From the NCBI RefSeq assembly GCF_009914755.1, contig NC_060925.1: a stretch of DNA of 64,000 nucleotides; one strand, 5' to 3'. Positions within the stretch are counted from its first letter, which is position 1; every line of letters begins with the position of its first letter. Source of the stretch: the human T2T-CHM13v2.0 reference genome, Homo sapiens. The notes below the pieces were generated by a model. It saw only the letters and a program-made list of their open reading frames with translations. It searched no databases and was not told the DNA's origin. This document shows positions 11,785 to 26,063 of this stretch, piece after piece. The translations under genes and the position numbers were made by a program.

Positions 11785-14700
11785 GAATTCCCAGTAACTT
11801 CCTTGTGTTGTGTGCATTCAACTCACAGAGTTGAACGTTCCCTTAGACAGAGCAGATTTGAAACACTCTATTTGTGCAATTTGCAAGTGTAGATTTCAAG
11901 CGCTTTAAGGTCAACGGCAGAAAAGGAAATATCTTCGTTTCAAAACTAGACAGAATCATTCCCACAAACTGCGTTGTGATGTGTTCGTTCAACTCACAGA
12001 GTTTAACCTTTCTGTTCATAGAGCAGTTAGGAAACACTCTGTTTGTAAAGTCTGTAAGTGGATATTCTGACATCTTGTGGCCTTCGTTGGAAACGGGATT
12101 TCTTCATATTCTGCTAGACAGAAGAATTCTCAGTAACTTCCTTGTGTTGTGTGTATTCAACTCACAGAGTTGAACGATCCTTTACACAGAGCAGACTTGA
12201 AACACTCTTTTTGTGGAATTTGCAAGTGGAGATTTCAGCCGCTTTGAGGTCAATGGTAGAAAAGGAAACTATCTTCATATAAAGACTAGACAGAATGATT
12301 CTCAGAAAATCTTTTGTGATGTGTGCGTTCAACTCACAGAGTTTAACTTTTCTTCTCATAGAGCAGTTAGGAAACACTCTGTTTGTAAAGTCTGCAAGTG
12401 GATATTCAGACCTCTTTGAGGCCTTCGTTGGAAACGGGATTTCTTCATATTATGCTAGACAGAATAATTCTCAGTAACTTCCTTGTGTTGTGTGTATTCA
12501 ACTCACAGAGTTGAAGGATCCTTTACAGAGAGCAGGCTTGAAACACTCTTTTTGTCGAATTTGCAAGTGGAGATTTCAGCCGCTTTGAGGTCAATGGTAG
12601 AATAGGAAATATCTTCTTATAGAAACTAGACAGAATGATTCTCATAAACTCCTTTGTGATGTGTGCGTTCAACTCACAGAGTTTAACCTTTCTTTTCATA
12701 GAGCAGTTAGGAAACACTCTGTTTGTAAAGTCTGCAAGTGGATATTCAGACCTCCTTGAGGCCTTCGTTGGAAACGGGATTTCTTCATATTCTGCTAGAC
12801 AGAAGAATTCTCAGTAACTTCCTTGTGTTGTGTTTATTCAACTCACAGAGTTGAATGATCCTTTACACAGAGCAGACTTGAAACACTCTTTTTGTGGAAT
12901 TTGCAAGTGGAGATTTCAGCCGCTTTGAAGTCAATGGTAGAAAAGTAAATATCTTCGTATAAAGACTAGACAGAATGATTCTCAGAAACTCCTTTGTGAT
13001 GTGTGCGTTCAACTCACAGAGTTTAACCTTTCTGTTCATAGAGCAGTTAGGAAACACTCTGTTTGTAAAGTCTGTAAGTGGATATTCAGACCTCCTTGAG
13101 GCCTTCGTTGGAAACGGGATTTCTTCATATTCTGCTAGACAGAAGAATTCTCAGTAACTTCCTTGTGTTGTGTGTATTCAACTCACAGAGTTGAACGATC
13201 CTTTACACAGAGCAGACTTGAAACACTCTTTTTGTGGAATTTGCAAGTGGAGATTTCAGCCGCTTTGAGGTCAATGGTAGAAAAGGAAATATCTTCGTAT
13301 AAAGACTAGACAGAATGATTCTCATAAACTCCTTTGTGATGTGTGCGTTCAACTCACAGAGTTTAACTTTTCTTTTCATAGAGCAGTTAGGAAACACTCT
13401 GTTTGTAAAGTCTGCAAGTGGATATTCAGACCTCTTTGAGGCCTTCGTTGGAAACGGGATTTCTTCATATTATGCTAGACAGAATAATTCTCAGTAACTT
13501 CCTTGTTTTGTGTGTATTCAACTCACAGAGTTGAACGATCCTTTACACAGAGCAGACTTGAAACATTCTTTTTCTGGAATTTGCAAGTGGAGATTTCAGC
13601 CGCTTTGAGGTCAATGGTAGAATAGGAAATATCTTCCTATAGAAACTAGACAGAACGATTCTCAGAAACCCCTTTGTGATGTGTGCGTTCAACTCACAGA
13701 GTTTAACCTTTCTTTTCATAGAGCAGTTAGGAAACACTCTGTTTGTAAAGTCTGCAAGTCGATATTCAGACCTCTTTGAGGTCTTCTTTGGAAACGGGAT
13801 TTCTTCCTATTCTGCTAGACAGAAGAATTCCCAGTAACTTCCTTGTGTTGTGTGCATTCAAGTCACAGAGTTGAACGTTCCCTTAGACAGAGCAGATTTG
13901 AAACACTCTATTTGTGCAATCTCCAAGTGTAGATTTCAAGCGCTTTAAGGTCAACGGCAGAAAAGGAAATATCTTCGTTTCAAAACTAGACAGAATCATT
14001 CCCACAAACTGCGTTGTGATGTGTACGTTCAACTAACAGAGTTTAACCTTTCTGTTCATAGAGCAGTTAGGAAACACTCTGTTTGTAAAGTCTGTAAGTG
14101 GATATTCTGACATCTTGTGGCCTTCGTTGGAAACGGGATTTCTTCATATTCTGCTAGACAGAAGAATTCTCAGTAACTTCCTTGTGTTGTGTGTATTCAA
14201 CTCACAGAGTTGAACGATCCTTTACACAGAGCAGACTTGAAACACTCTTTTTGTGGAATTTGCAAGTGGAGATTTCAGCCGCTTTGAGGTCAATGGTAGA
14301 AAAGGAAACTATCTTCATATAAAGACTAGACAGAATCATTCTCAGAAAATCTTTTGTGATGTGTGCGTTCAACTCACAGAGTTTAACTTTTCTTCTCATA
14401 GAGCAGTTAGGAAACACTCTGTTTGTAAAGTCTGCAAGTGGATATTCAGACCTCTTTGAGGCCTTCGTTGGAAACGGGATTTCTTCATATTATGCTAGAC
14501 AGAATAATTCTCAGTAACTTCCTTGTGTTGTGTGTATTCAACTCACAGAGTTGAAGGATCCTTTACAGAGAGCAGGCTTGAAACACTCTTTTTGTCGAAT
14601 TTGCAAGTGGAGATTTCAGCCGCTTTGAGGTCAATGGTAGAATAGGAAATATCTTCTTATAGAAACTAGACAGAATGATTCTCATAAACTCCTTTGTGAT

Positions 14701-17700
14701 GTGTGCGTTCAACTCACAGAGTTTAACCTTTCTTTTCATAGAGCAGTTAGGAAACACTCTGTTTGAAAAGTCTGCAAGTGGATATTCAGACCTCCTTGAG
14801 GCCTTCGTTGGAAACGGGATTTCTTCATATTCTGCTAGACAGAAGAATTCTCAGTAACTTCCTTGTGTTGTGTTTATTCAACTCACAGAGTTGAACGATC
14901 CTTTACACAGAGCAGACTTGAAACACTCTTTTTGTGGAATTTGCAAGTGGAGATTTCAGCCGCTTTGAGGTCAATGGTAGAAAAGTAAATATCTTCGTAT
15001 AAAGACTAGACAGAATGATTCTCAGAAACTCCTTTGTGATGTGTGCGTTCAACTCACAGAGTTTAACCTTTCTGTTCATAGAGCAGTTAGGAAACACTCT
15101 GTTTGTAAAGTCTGCAAGTGGATATTCAGACCTCCTTGAGGCCTTCGTTGGAAACGGGATTTCTTCTTATTCTGCTAGACAGAAGAATTCTCAGTAACTT
15201 CCTTGTGTTGTGTGTATTCAACTCACAGAGTTGAACGATCCTTTACACAGAGCAGACTTGAAACACTCTTTTTGTGGAATTTGCAAGTGGAGATTTCAGC
15301 CGCTTTGAGGTCAATAGTAGAAAAGGAAATATCTTCGTAGAAAAACTAGACAGAATGATTCTCAGAAACTCCTTTGTGATGTGTGTGTTCAACTCACAGA
15401 GTTTAACCTTTCTTTTCATAGAGCAGTTAGTAAACACTCTGTTTATAAAGTCTGCAAGTGGATATTCAGAACCCTTTGAGGCCTTCGTTGGAAACGGGAT
15501 TTCTTCATATTACGCTAGACAGAAGAATTCTCAGTAACTTCCTTGTGTTGTGTGTATTCAACTGACAGAGTTGAACTTTCATTTAGAGAGAGCAGATTTG
15601 AAACACTGTTTTTGTGGAATTTGCAAGTGGAGATTTCAAGCGCTTTGGGGCCAAAGGCAGAAAAGGAAATATCTTCGTATAAAAACTAGACAGAATCATT
15701 CTCAGAAACTGCTGCGTGATGTGTGCGTTCAACTCTCAGAGTTTAACTTTTCTTTTCATTCAGCGGTTTGGAAACACTCTGTTTGTAAAGACTGCACGTG
15801 GATATTTTGACCACTTAGAGGCCTTCGTTGGAAACGGGTTTTCTTCATGTAAGGCTAGACAGAAGAATTCCCAGTAACTTCCTTGTGTTGTGTGCATTCA
15901 ACTCACAGAGTTGAACGTTCCCTTAGACAGAGCAGATTTGAAACACTCTATTTGTGCAATTTGCAAGTGTAGATTTCAAGCGCTTTAAGGTCAATGGCAG
16001 AAAAGGAAATTTCTTCGTTTCAAAACTAGACAGAATCATTCCCACAAACTGCGTTGTGATGTGTTCGTTCAACTCACAGAGTTTAACCTTTCTGTTCATA
16101 GAGCAGTTAGGAAACACTCTGTTTGTAAAGTCTGCAAGTGGATATTCAGACCTCCTTGAGGCCTTCGTTGGAAACGGGATTTCTTCATATTCTGCTAGAC
16201 AGAAGAATTCTCAGTAACTTCCTTGTGTTGTGTGTATTCAACTCACAGAGTTGAACGATCCTTCACACAGAGCAGACTTGAAACACTCTTTTTGTGGAAT
16301 TTGCAAGTGGAGATTTCAGCCGCTTTGAGGTCAATGGTAGAAAAGGAAATATCTTCGTATAAAGACTAGACAGAATGATTCTCAGAAACTCCTTTGTGAT
16401 GTGTGCGTTCAACTCACAGAGTTTAACCTTTCTGTTCATAGAGCAGTTAGGAAACACTCTGTTTGTAAAGTCTGCAAGTGGATATTCAGACCTCTTTGAG
16501 GCCTTCGTTGGAAACGGGATTTCTTCATATTCTGCTAGACAGAATAATTCTCAGTAACTTCCTTGTGTTGTGTGTATTCAACTCACAGAGTTGAACGATC
16601 CTTTACACAGAGCAGACTTGAAACATTCTTTTTGTGGAATTTGCAAGTGGAGATTTCAGCCGCTTTGAGGTCAATGGTAGAATAGGAAATATCTTCCTAT
16701 AGAAACTAGACAGAACGATTCTCAGAAACTCCTTTGTGATGTGTGCGTTCAACTCACAGAGTTTAACCTTTCTTTTCATAGAGCAGTTAGGAAACACTCT
16801 GTTTGTAAAGTCTGCAAGTGGATATTCAGACCTCTTTGAGGACTTCGTTGGAAACGGGATTTCTCCCTATTCTGCTAGACAGAAGAATTCTCAGTAACTT
16901 CCTTGTGTTGTGTGTATTCAACTCACAGAGTTGAACGATCCTTTACACAGAGCAGACTTGAAACACTCTTTTTGTGGAATTTGCAAGTGGAGATTTCAGC
17001 CGCTTTGAGGTCAATAGTAGAAAAGGAAATATCTTCGTAGAAAAACTAGACAGAATGATTCTCAGAAACTCCTTTGTGATGTGTGTGTTCAACTCACAGA
17101 GTTTAACCTTTCTTTTCATAGAGCAGTTAGTAAACACTCTGTTTATAAAGTCTGCAAGTGGATATTCAGACCCCTTTGAGGCCTTCGTTGGAAACGGGAT
17201 TTCTTCATATTATGCTAGACAGAAGAATTCTCAGTAACTTCCTTGTGTTGTGTGTATTCAACTGACAGAGTTGAACTTTCATTTAGAGAGAGCAGATTTG
17301 AAACACTGTTTTTGTGGAATTTGCAAGTGGAGATTTCAAGCGCTTTGGGGCCAAAGGCAGAAAAGGAAATAACTTCGTATAAAAACTAGACAGAATCATT
17401 CTCAGAAACTGCTGCGTGATGTGTGCGTTCAACTCTCAGAGTTTAACTTTTCTTTTCATTCAGCGGTTTGGAAACACTCTGTTTGTAAAGTCTGCACGTG
17501 GAAATTTTGACCACTTAGAGGCCTTCGTTGGAAACGGGTTTTTTTCATGTAAGGCTAGACAGAAGAATTCCCAGTAACTTCCTTGTGTTGTGTGCATTCA
17601 ACTCACAAAGTTGAACGTTCCCTTAGACAGAGCAGATTTGAAACACTCTATTTGTGCAATTTGCAAGTGTAGTTTTCAAGCTCTTTATGGTCAACGGCAG

Positions 17701-19604
17701 AAAAGGAAATATCTTCGTTTCAAAACTAGACAGAATCATTCCCACAAACTGCGTTGTGATGTGTTCGTTCAACTCACAGAGTTTAACCTTTCTGTTCATA
17801 GAGCAGTTAGGAAACACTCTGTTTGTAAAGTCTGTAAGTGGATATTCTGACATCTTGTGGCCTTCGTTGGAAACGGGATTTCTTCATATTCTGCTAGACA
17901 GAAGAATTCTCAGTAACTTCCTTGTGTTGTGTGTATTCAACTCACAGAGTTGAACGATCCTTTACACAGAGCAGACTTGAAACACTCTTTTTGTGGAATT
18001 TGCAAGTGGAGATTTCAGCCGCTTTGAGGTCAATGGTAGAAAAGGAAACTATCTTCATATAAAGACTAGACAGAATGATTCTCAGAAAATCTTTTGTGAT
18101 GTGTGCGTTCAACTCACAGAGTTTAACTTTTCTTCTCATAGAGCAGTTAGGAAACACTCTGTTTGTAAAGTCTGCAAGTGGATATTCAGACCTCTTTGAG
18201 GCCTTCGTTGGAAACGGGATTTCTTCATATTCTGCTAGACAGAAGAATTCTCAGTAACTTCCTTGTGTTGTGTGTATTCAACTCACAGAGTTGAAGGATC
18301 CTTTACAGAGAGCAGGCTTGAAACACTCTTTTTGTCGAATTTGCAAGTGGAGATTTCAGCCGCTTTGAGGTCAATGGTAGAATAGGAAATATCTTCTTAT
18401 AGAAACTAGACAGAATGATTCTCATAAACTCCTTTGTGATGTGTGCGTTCAACTCACAGAGTTTAACCTTTCTTTTCATAGAGCAGTTAGGAAACACTCT
18501 GTTTGTAAAGTCTGCAAGTGGATATTCAGACCTCCTTGAGGCCTTCGTTGGAAACGGGATTTCTTCATATTCTGCTAGACAGAAGAATTCTCAGTAACTT
18601 CCTTGTGTTGTGTTTATTCAACTCACAGAGTTGAATGATCCTTTACACAGAGCAGACTTGAAACACTCTTTTTGTGGAATTTGCAAGTGGAGATTTCAGC
18701 CGCTTTGAGGTCAATGGTAGAAAAGTAAATATCTTCGTATAAAGACTAGACAGAATGATTCTCAGAAACTCCTTTGTGATGTGTGCGTTCAACTCACAGA
18801 GTTTAACCTTTCTGTTCATAGAGCAGTTAGGAAACACTCTGTTTGTAAAGTCTGCAACTGGATATTCAGACCTCCTTGAGGCCTTCGTTGGAAACGGGAT
18901 TTCTTCATATTCTGCTAGACAGAAGAATTCTCAGTAACTTCCTTGTGTTGTGTGTATTCAACTCACAGAGTTGAACGATCCTTTACACAGAGCAGACTTG
19001 AAACACTCTTTTTGTGGAATTTGCAAGAGGAGATTTCAGCCGCTTTGAGGTCAATAGTAGAAAAGGAAACATCTTCGTAGAAAAACTAGACAGAATGATT
19101 CTCAGAAACTCCTTTGTGATGTGTGTGTTCAACTCACAGAGTTTAACCTTTCTTTTCATAGAGCAGTTAGTAAACACTCTGTTTATAAAGTCTGCAAGTG
19201 GATATTCAGACCCCTTTGAGGCCTTCGTTGGAAACGGGATTTCTTCATATTATGCTAGACAGAAGAATTCTCAGTAACTTCCTTGTGTTGTGTGTATTCA
19301 ACTGACAGAGTTGAACTTTCATTTGGAGAGAGCAGATTTGAAACACTGTTTTTGTGGAATTTGCAAGTGGAGATTTCAAGCGCTTTGGGGCCAAAGGCAG
19401 AAAAGGAAATATCTTCGTATAAAAACTAGACAGAATCATTCTCAGAAACTGCTGCGTGATGTGTGCGTTCAACTCTCAGAGTTTAACCTTTCTTTTCATT
19501 CAGCGGTTTGGAAACACTCTGTTTGTAAAGTCTGCACGTGGATATTTTGACCACTTAGAGGCCTTCGTTGGAAACGGGTTTTTTTCATGTAAGGCTAGAC
19601 AGAA
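11785..19604 (+). repeat. 46-mer super-repeat, copy 2 (7820 bp)
   Basis: Same 23-dimer order as 3968-11784. It lacks the 1-bp deletion near 8191 and the 2-bp deletion near 11700. Confidence 0.88.
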
Positions 19605-22600
19605 GAATTCCCAGTAACTTCCTTGTGTTGTGTGCATTCAACTCACAGAGTTGAACGTTCCCTTAGACAGAGCAGATTTGAAACACTCTATTTGTGCAAT
19701 TTGCAAGTGTAGTTTTCAAGCTCTTTAAGGTCAACGGCAGAAAAGGAAATATCTTCGTTTCAAAACTAGACAGAATCATTCCCACAAACTGCGTTGTGAT
19801 GTGTTCGTTCAACTCACAGAGTTTAACCTTTCTGTTCATAGAGCAGTTAGGAAACACTCTGTTTGTAAAGTCTGTAAGTGGATATTCTGACATCTTGTGG
19901 CCTTCGTTGGAAACGGGATTTCTTCATATTCTGCTAGACAGAAGAATTCTCAGTAACTTCCTTGTGTTGTGTGTATTCAACTCACAGAGTTGAACGATCC
20001 TTTACACAGAGCAGACTTGAAACACTCTTTTTGTGGAATTTGCAAGTGGAGATTTCAGCCGCTTTGAGGTCAATGGTAGAAAAGGAAACTATCTTCATAT
20101 AAAGACTAGACAGAATGATTCTCAGAAAATCTTTTGTGATGTGTGCGTTCAACTCACAGAGTTTAACTTTTCTTCTCATAGAGCAGTTAGGAAACACTCT
20201 GTTTGTAAAGTCTGCAAGTGGATATTCAGACCTGTTTGAGGCCTTCGTTAGAAACGGGATTTCTTCATATTCTGCTAGACAGAAGAATTCTCAGTAACTT
20301 CCTTGTGTTGTGTGTATTCAACTCACAGAGTTGAAGGATCCTTTACAGAGAGCAGGCTTGAAACACTCTTTTTGTCGAATTTGCAAGTGGAGATTTCAGC
20401 CGCTTTGAGGTCAATGGTAGAATAGGAAATATCTTCTTATAGAAACTAGACAGAATGATTCTCATAAACTCCTTTGTGATGTGTGTGTTCAACTCACAGA
20501 GTTTAACCTTTCTTTTCATAGAGCAGTTAGGAAACACTCTGTTTGTAAAGTCTGCAAGTGGATATTCAGACCTCCTTGAGGCCTTCGTTGGAAACGGGAT
20601 TTCTTCATATTCTGCTAGACAGAAGAATTCTCAGTAACTTCCTTGTGTTGTGTTTATTCAACTCACAGAGTTGAATGATCCTTTACACAGAGCAGACTTG
20701 AAACACTCTTTTTGTGGAATTTGCAAGTGGAGATTTCAGCCGCTTTGAGGTCAATGGTAGAAAAGTTAATATCTTCGTATAAAGACTAGACAGAATGATT
20801 CTCAGAAACTCCTTTGTGATGTGTGCGTTCAACTCACAGAGTTTAACCTTTCTGTTCATAGAGCAGTTAGGAAACACTCTGTTTGTAAAGTCTGCAAGTG
20901 GATATTCAGACCTCCTTGAGGCCTTCGTTGGAAACGGGATTTCTTCATATTCTGCTAGACAGAAGAATTCTCAGTAACTTCCTTGTGTTGTGTGTATTCA
21001 ACTCACAGAGTTGAACGATCCTTTACACAGAGCAGACTTGAAACACTCTTTTTGTGGAATTTGCAAGAGGAGATTTCAGCCGCTTTGAGGTCAATAGTAG
21101 AAAAGGAAACATCTTCGTAGAAAAACTAGACAGAATGATTCTCAGAAACTCCTTTGTGATGTGTGTGTTCAACTCACAGAGTTTAACCTTTCTTTTCATA
21201 GAGCAGTTAGTAAACACTCTGTTTATAAAGTCTGCAAGTGGATATTCAGACCCCTTTGAGGCCTTCGTTGGAAACGGGATTTCTTCATATTATGCTAGAC
21301 AGAAGAATTCTCAGTAACTTCCTTGTGTTGTGTGTATTCAACTGACAGAGTTGAACTTTCATTTGGAGAGAGCAGATTTGAAACACTGTTTTTGTGGAAT
21401 TTGCAAGTGGAGATTTCAAGCGCTTTGGGGCCAAAGGCAGAAAAGGAAATATCTTCGTATAAAAACTAGACAGAATCATTCTCAGAAACTGCTGCGTGAT
21501 GTGTGCGTTCAACTCTCAGAGTTTAACTTTTCTTTTCATTCAGCGGTTTGGAAACACTCTGTTTGTAAAGTCTGCACGTGGATATTTTGACCACTTAGAG
21601 GCCTTCGTTGGAAACGGGTTTTTTTCATGTAAGGCTAGACAGAAGAATTCCCAGTAACTTCCTTGTGTTGTGTGCATTCAACTCACAGAGTTGAACGTTC
21701 CCTTAGACAGAGGAGATTTGAAACACTCTATTTGTGCAATTTGCAAGTGTAGTTTTGAAGCTCTTTAAGGTCAACGGCAGAAAAGGAAATATCTTCGTTT
21801 CAAAACTAGACAGAATCATTCCCACAAACTGCGTTGTGATGTGTTCGTTCAACTCACAGAGTTTAACCTTTCTGTTCATAGAGCAGTTAGGAAACACTCT
21901 GTTTGTAAAGTCTGTAAGTGGATATTCTGACATCTTGTGGCCTTCGTTGGAAACGGGATTTCTTCATATTCTGCTAGACAGAAGAATTCTCAGTAACTTC
22001 CTTGTGTTGTGTGTATTCAACTCACAGAGTTGAACGATCCTTTACACAGAGCAGACTTGAAACACTCTTTTTGTGGAATTTGCAAGTGGAGATTTCAGCC
22101 GCTTTGACGTCAATGGTAGAAAAGGAAACTATCTTCATATAAAGACTAGACAGAATGATTCTCAGAAAATCTTTTGTGATGTGTGCGTTCAACTCACAGA
22201 GTTTAACTTTTCTTCTCACAGAGCAGTTAGGAAACACTCTGTTTGTAAAGTCTGCAAGTGGATATTCAGACCTCTTTGAGGTCTTCGTTGGAAACGGGAT
22301 TTCTTCATATTCTGCTAGACAGAAGAATTCTCAGTAACTTCCTTGTGTTGTGTGTATTCAACTCACAGAGTTGAAGGATCCTTTACAGAGAGCAGGCTTG
22401 AAACACTCTTTTTGTCGAATTTGCAAGTGGAGATTTCAGCCGCTTTGAGGTCAATGGTAGAATAGGAAATATCTTCTTATAGAAACTAGACAGAATGATT
22501 CTCATAAACTCCTTTGGATGTGTGCGTTCAACTCACAGAGTTTAACCTTTCTTTTCATAGAGCAGTTAGGAAACACTCTGTTTGAAAAGTCTGCAAGTGG

Positions 22601-25043
22601 ATATTCAGACCTCCTTGAGGCCTTCGTTGGAAACGGGATTTCTTCATATTCTGCTAGACAGAAGAATTCTCAGTAACTTCCTTGTGTTGTGTTTATTCAA
22701 CTCACAGAGTTGAATGATCCTTTACACAGAGCAGACTTGAAACACTCTTTTTGTGGAATTTGCAAGTGGAGATTTCAGCCGCTTGGAGGTCAATGGTAGA
22801 AAAGTAAATATCTTCGTATAAAGACTAGACAGAATGATTCTCAGAAACTCCTTTGTGATGTGTGCGTTCAACTCACAGAGTTTAACCTTTCTGTTCATAG
22901 AGCAGTTAGGAAACACTCTGTTTGTAAAGTCTGCAAGTGGATATTCAGACCTCCTTGAGGCCTTCGTTGGAAACGGGATTTCTTCATATTCTGCTAGACA
23001 GAAGAATTCTCAGTAACTTCCTTGTGTTGTGTGTATTCAACTCACAGAGTTGAACGATCCTTTACACAGAGCAGACTTGAAACACTCTTTTTGTGGAATT
23101 TGCAAGAGGAGATTTCAGCCGCTTTGAGGTCAATAGTAGAAAAGGAAATATCTTCGTAGAAAAACTAGACAGAATGATTCTCAGAAACTCCTTTGTGATG
23201 TGTGTGTTCAACTCACAGAGTTTAACCTTTCTTTTCATAGAGCAGTTAGTAAACACTCTGTTTATAAAGTCTGCAAGTGGATATTCAGACCCCTTTGAGG
23301 CCTTCGTTGGAAACGGGATTTCTTCATATTATGCTAGACAGAAGAATTCTCAGTAACTTCCTTGTGTTGTGTGTATTCAACTGACAGAGTTGAACTTTCA
23401 TTTAGAGAGAGCAGATTTGAAACACTGTTTTTGTGGAATTTGCAAGTGGAGATTTCAAGTGCTTTGAGGCCAAAGGCAGAAAAGGAAATATCTTCGTATA
23501 AAAACTAGACAGAATCATTCTCAGAAACTGCTGCGTGATGTGTGCGTTCAACTCTCAGAGTTTAACTTTTCTTTTCATTCAGCGGTTTGGAAACACTCTG
23601 TTTGTAAAGTCTGCACGTGGATATTTTGACCACTTAGAGGCCTTCGTTGGAAACGGGTTTTTTTCATGTAAGGCTAGACAGAAGAATTCCCAGTAACTTC
23701 CTTGTGTTGTGTGCATTCAACTCACAGAGTTGAACGTTCCCTTAGACAGAGCAGATTTGAAACACTCTATTTGTGCAATTTGCAAGTGTAGATTTCAAGC
23801 GCTTTAAGGTCAACGGCAGAAAAGGAAATATCTTCGTTTCAAAACTAGACAGAATCATTCCCACAAACTGCGTTGTGATGTGTTCGTTCAACTCACAGAG
23901 TTTAACCTTTCTGTTCATAGAGCAGTTAGGAAACACTCTGTTTGTAAAGTCTGTAAGTGGATATTCTGACATCTTGTGGCCTTCGTTGGAAACGGGATTT
24001 CTTCATATTCTGCTAGACAGAAGAATTCTCAGTAACTTCCTTGTGTTGTGTGTATTCAACTCACAGAGTTGAACGATCCTTTACACAGAGCAGACTTGAA
24101 ACACTCTTTTTGTGGAATTTGCAAGTGGAGATTTCAGCCGCTTTGAGGTCAATGGTAGAAAAGGAAACTATCTTCATATAAAGACTAGACAGAATGATTC
24201 TCAGAAAATCTTTTGTGATGTGTGCGTTCAACTCACAGAGTTTAACTTTTCTTCTCATAGAGCAGTTAGGAAACACTCTGTTTGTAAAGTCTGCAAGTGG
24301 ATATTCAGACCTCTTTGAGGCCTTCGTTGGAAACGGGATTTCTTCATATTATGCTAGACAGAATAATTCTCAGTAACTTCCTTGTGTTGTGTGTATTCAA
24401 CTCACAGAGTTGAAGGATCCTTTACAGAGAGCAGGCTTGAAACACTCTTTTTGTCGAATTTGCAAGTGGAGATTTCAGCCGCTTTGAGGTCAATGGTAGA
24501 ATAGGAAATATCTTCTTATAGAAACTAGACAGAATGATTCTCATGAACTCCTTTGTGATGTGTGCGTTCAACTCACAGAGTTTAACCTTTCTTTTCATAG
24601 AGCAGTTAGGAAACACTCTGTTTGTAAAGTCTGCAAGTGGATATTCAGACCTCCTTGAGGCCTTCGTTGGAAACGGGATTTCATCATATTCTGCTAGACA
24701 GAAGAATTCTCAGTAACTTCCTTGTGTTGTGTTTATTCAACTCACAGAGTTGAATGATCCTTTACACAGAGCAGACTTGAAACACTCTTTTTGTGGAATT
24801 TGCAAGTGGAGATTTCAGCCGCTTTGAGGTCAATGGTAGAAAAGTAAATATCTTCGTATAAAGACTAGACAGAATGATTCTCAGAAACTCCTTTGTGATG
24901 TGTGCGTTCAACTCACAGAGTTTAACCTTTCTGTTCATAGAGCAGTTAGGAAACACTCTGTTTGTAAAGTCTGCAAGTGGATATTCAGACCTCCTTGAGG
25001 CCTTCGTTGGAAACGGGATTTCTTCATATTCTGCTAGACAGAA
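16885..25043 (+). repeat. Four tandem copies of the core 12-mer HOR S-D-E-M-K-T (about 2040 bp)
   Basis: S-dimer marker ORFs at 16943, 18983, 21023 and 23062. One BamHI site (K dimer) per unit. Confidence 0.92.
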
Positions 25044-26063
25044 GAATTCTCAGTAACTTCCTTGTGTTGTGTGTATTCAACTCACAGAGTTGAACGATCC
25101 TTTACACAGAGCAGACTTGAAACACTCTTTTTGTGGAATTTGCAAGTGGAGATTTCAGCCGCTTTGAGGTCAATGGTAGAAAAGGAAATATCTTCCTATA
25201 AAGACTAGACAGAATGATTCTCAGAAACTCCTTTGTGATGTGTGCGTTCAACTCACAGAGTTTAACCTTTCTTTTCATAGAGCAGTTAGGAAACACTCTG
25301 TTTGTAAAGTCTGCAAGTGGATATTCAGACCTCTTTGAGGCCTTCGTTGGAAACGGGATTTCTTCCTATTCTGCTAGACAGAAGAATTCTCAGTAACTTC
25401 CTTGTGTTGTGTGTATTCAACTCACAGAGTTGAACGATCCTTTACACAGAGCAGACTTGAAACACTCTTTTTGTGGAATTTGCAAGTGGAGATTTCAGCC
25501 GCTTTGAGGTCAATAGTAGAAAAGGAAATATCTTCGTAGAAAAACTAGACAGAATGATTCTCAGAAACTCCTTTGTGATGTGTGTGTTCAACTCACAGAG
25601 TTTAACCTTTCTTTTCATAGAGCAGTTAGTAAACACTCTGTTTATAAAGTCTGCAAGTGGATATTCAGACCCCTTTGAGGCCTTCGTTGGAAACGGGATT
25701 TCTTCATATTATGCTAGACAGAAGAATTCTCAGTAACTTCCTTGTGTTGTGTGTATTCAACTGACAGAGTTGAACTTTCATTTAGAGAGAGCAGATTTGA
25801 AACACTGTTTTTGTGGAATTTGCAAGTGGAGATTTCAAGCGCTTTGGGGCCAAAGGCAGAAAAGGAAATATCTTCGTATAAAAACTAGACAGAATCATTC
25901 TCAGAAACTGCTGCGTGATGTGTGCGTTCAACTCTCAGAGTTTAACTTTTCTTTTCATTCAGCGGTTTGGAAACACTCTGTTTGTAAAGTCTGCACGTGG
26001 ATATTTTGACCACTTAGAGGCCTTCGTTGGAAACGGGTTTTTTTCATGTAAGGCTAGACAGAA

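Noticed and set aside
20243-20259. Variant CENP-B box CTTCGTTAGAAACGGGA as a dead box
   Set aside because: The change is at position 8, outside the nine essential nucleotides, so it is probably still functional.
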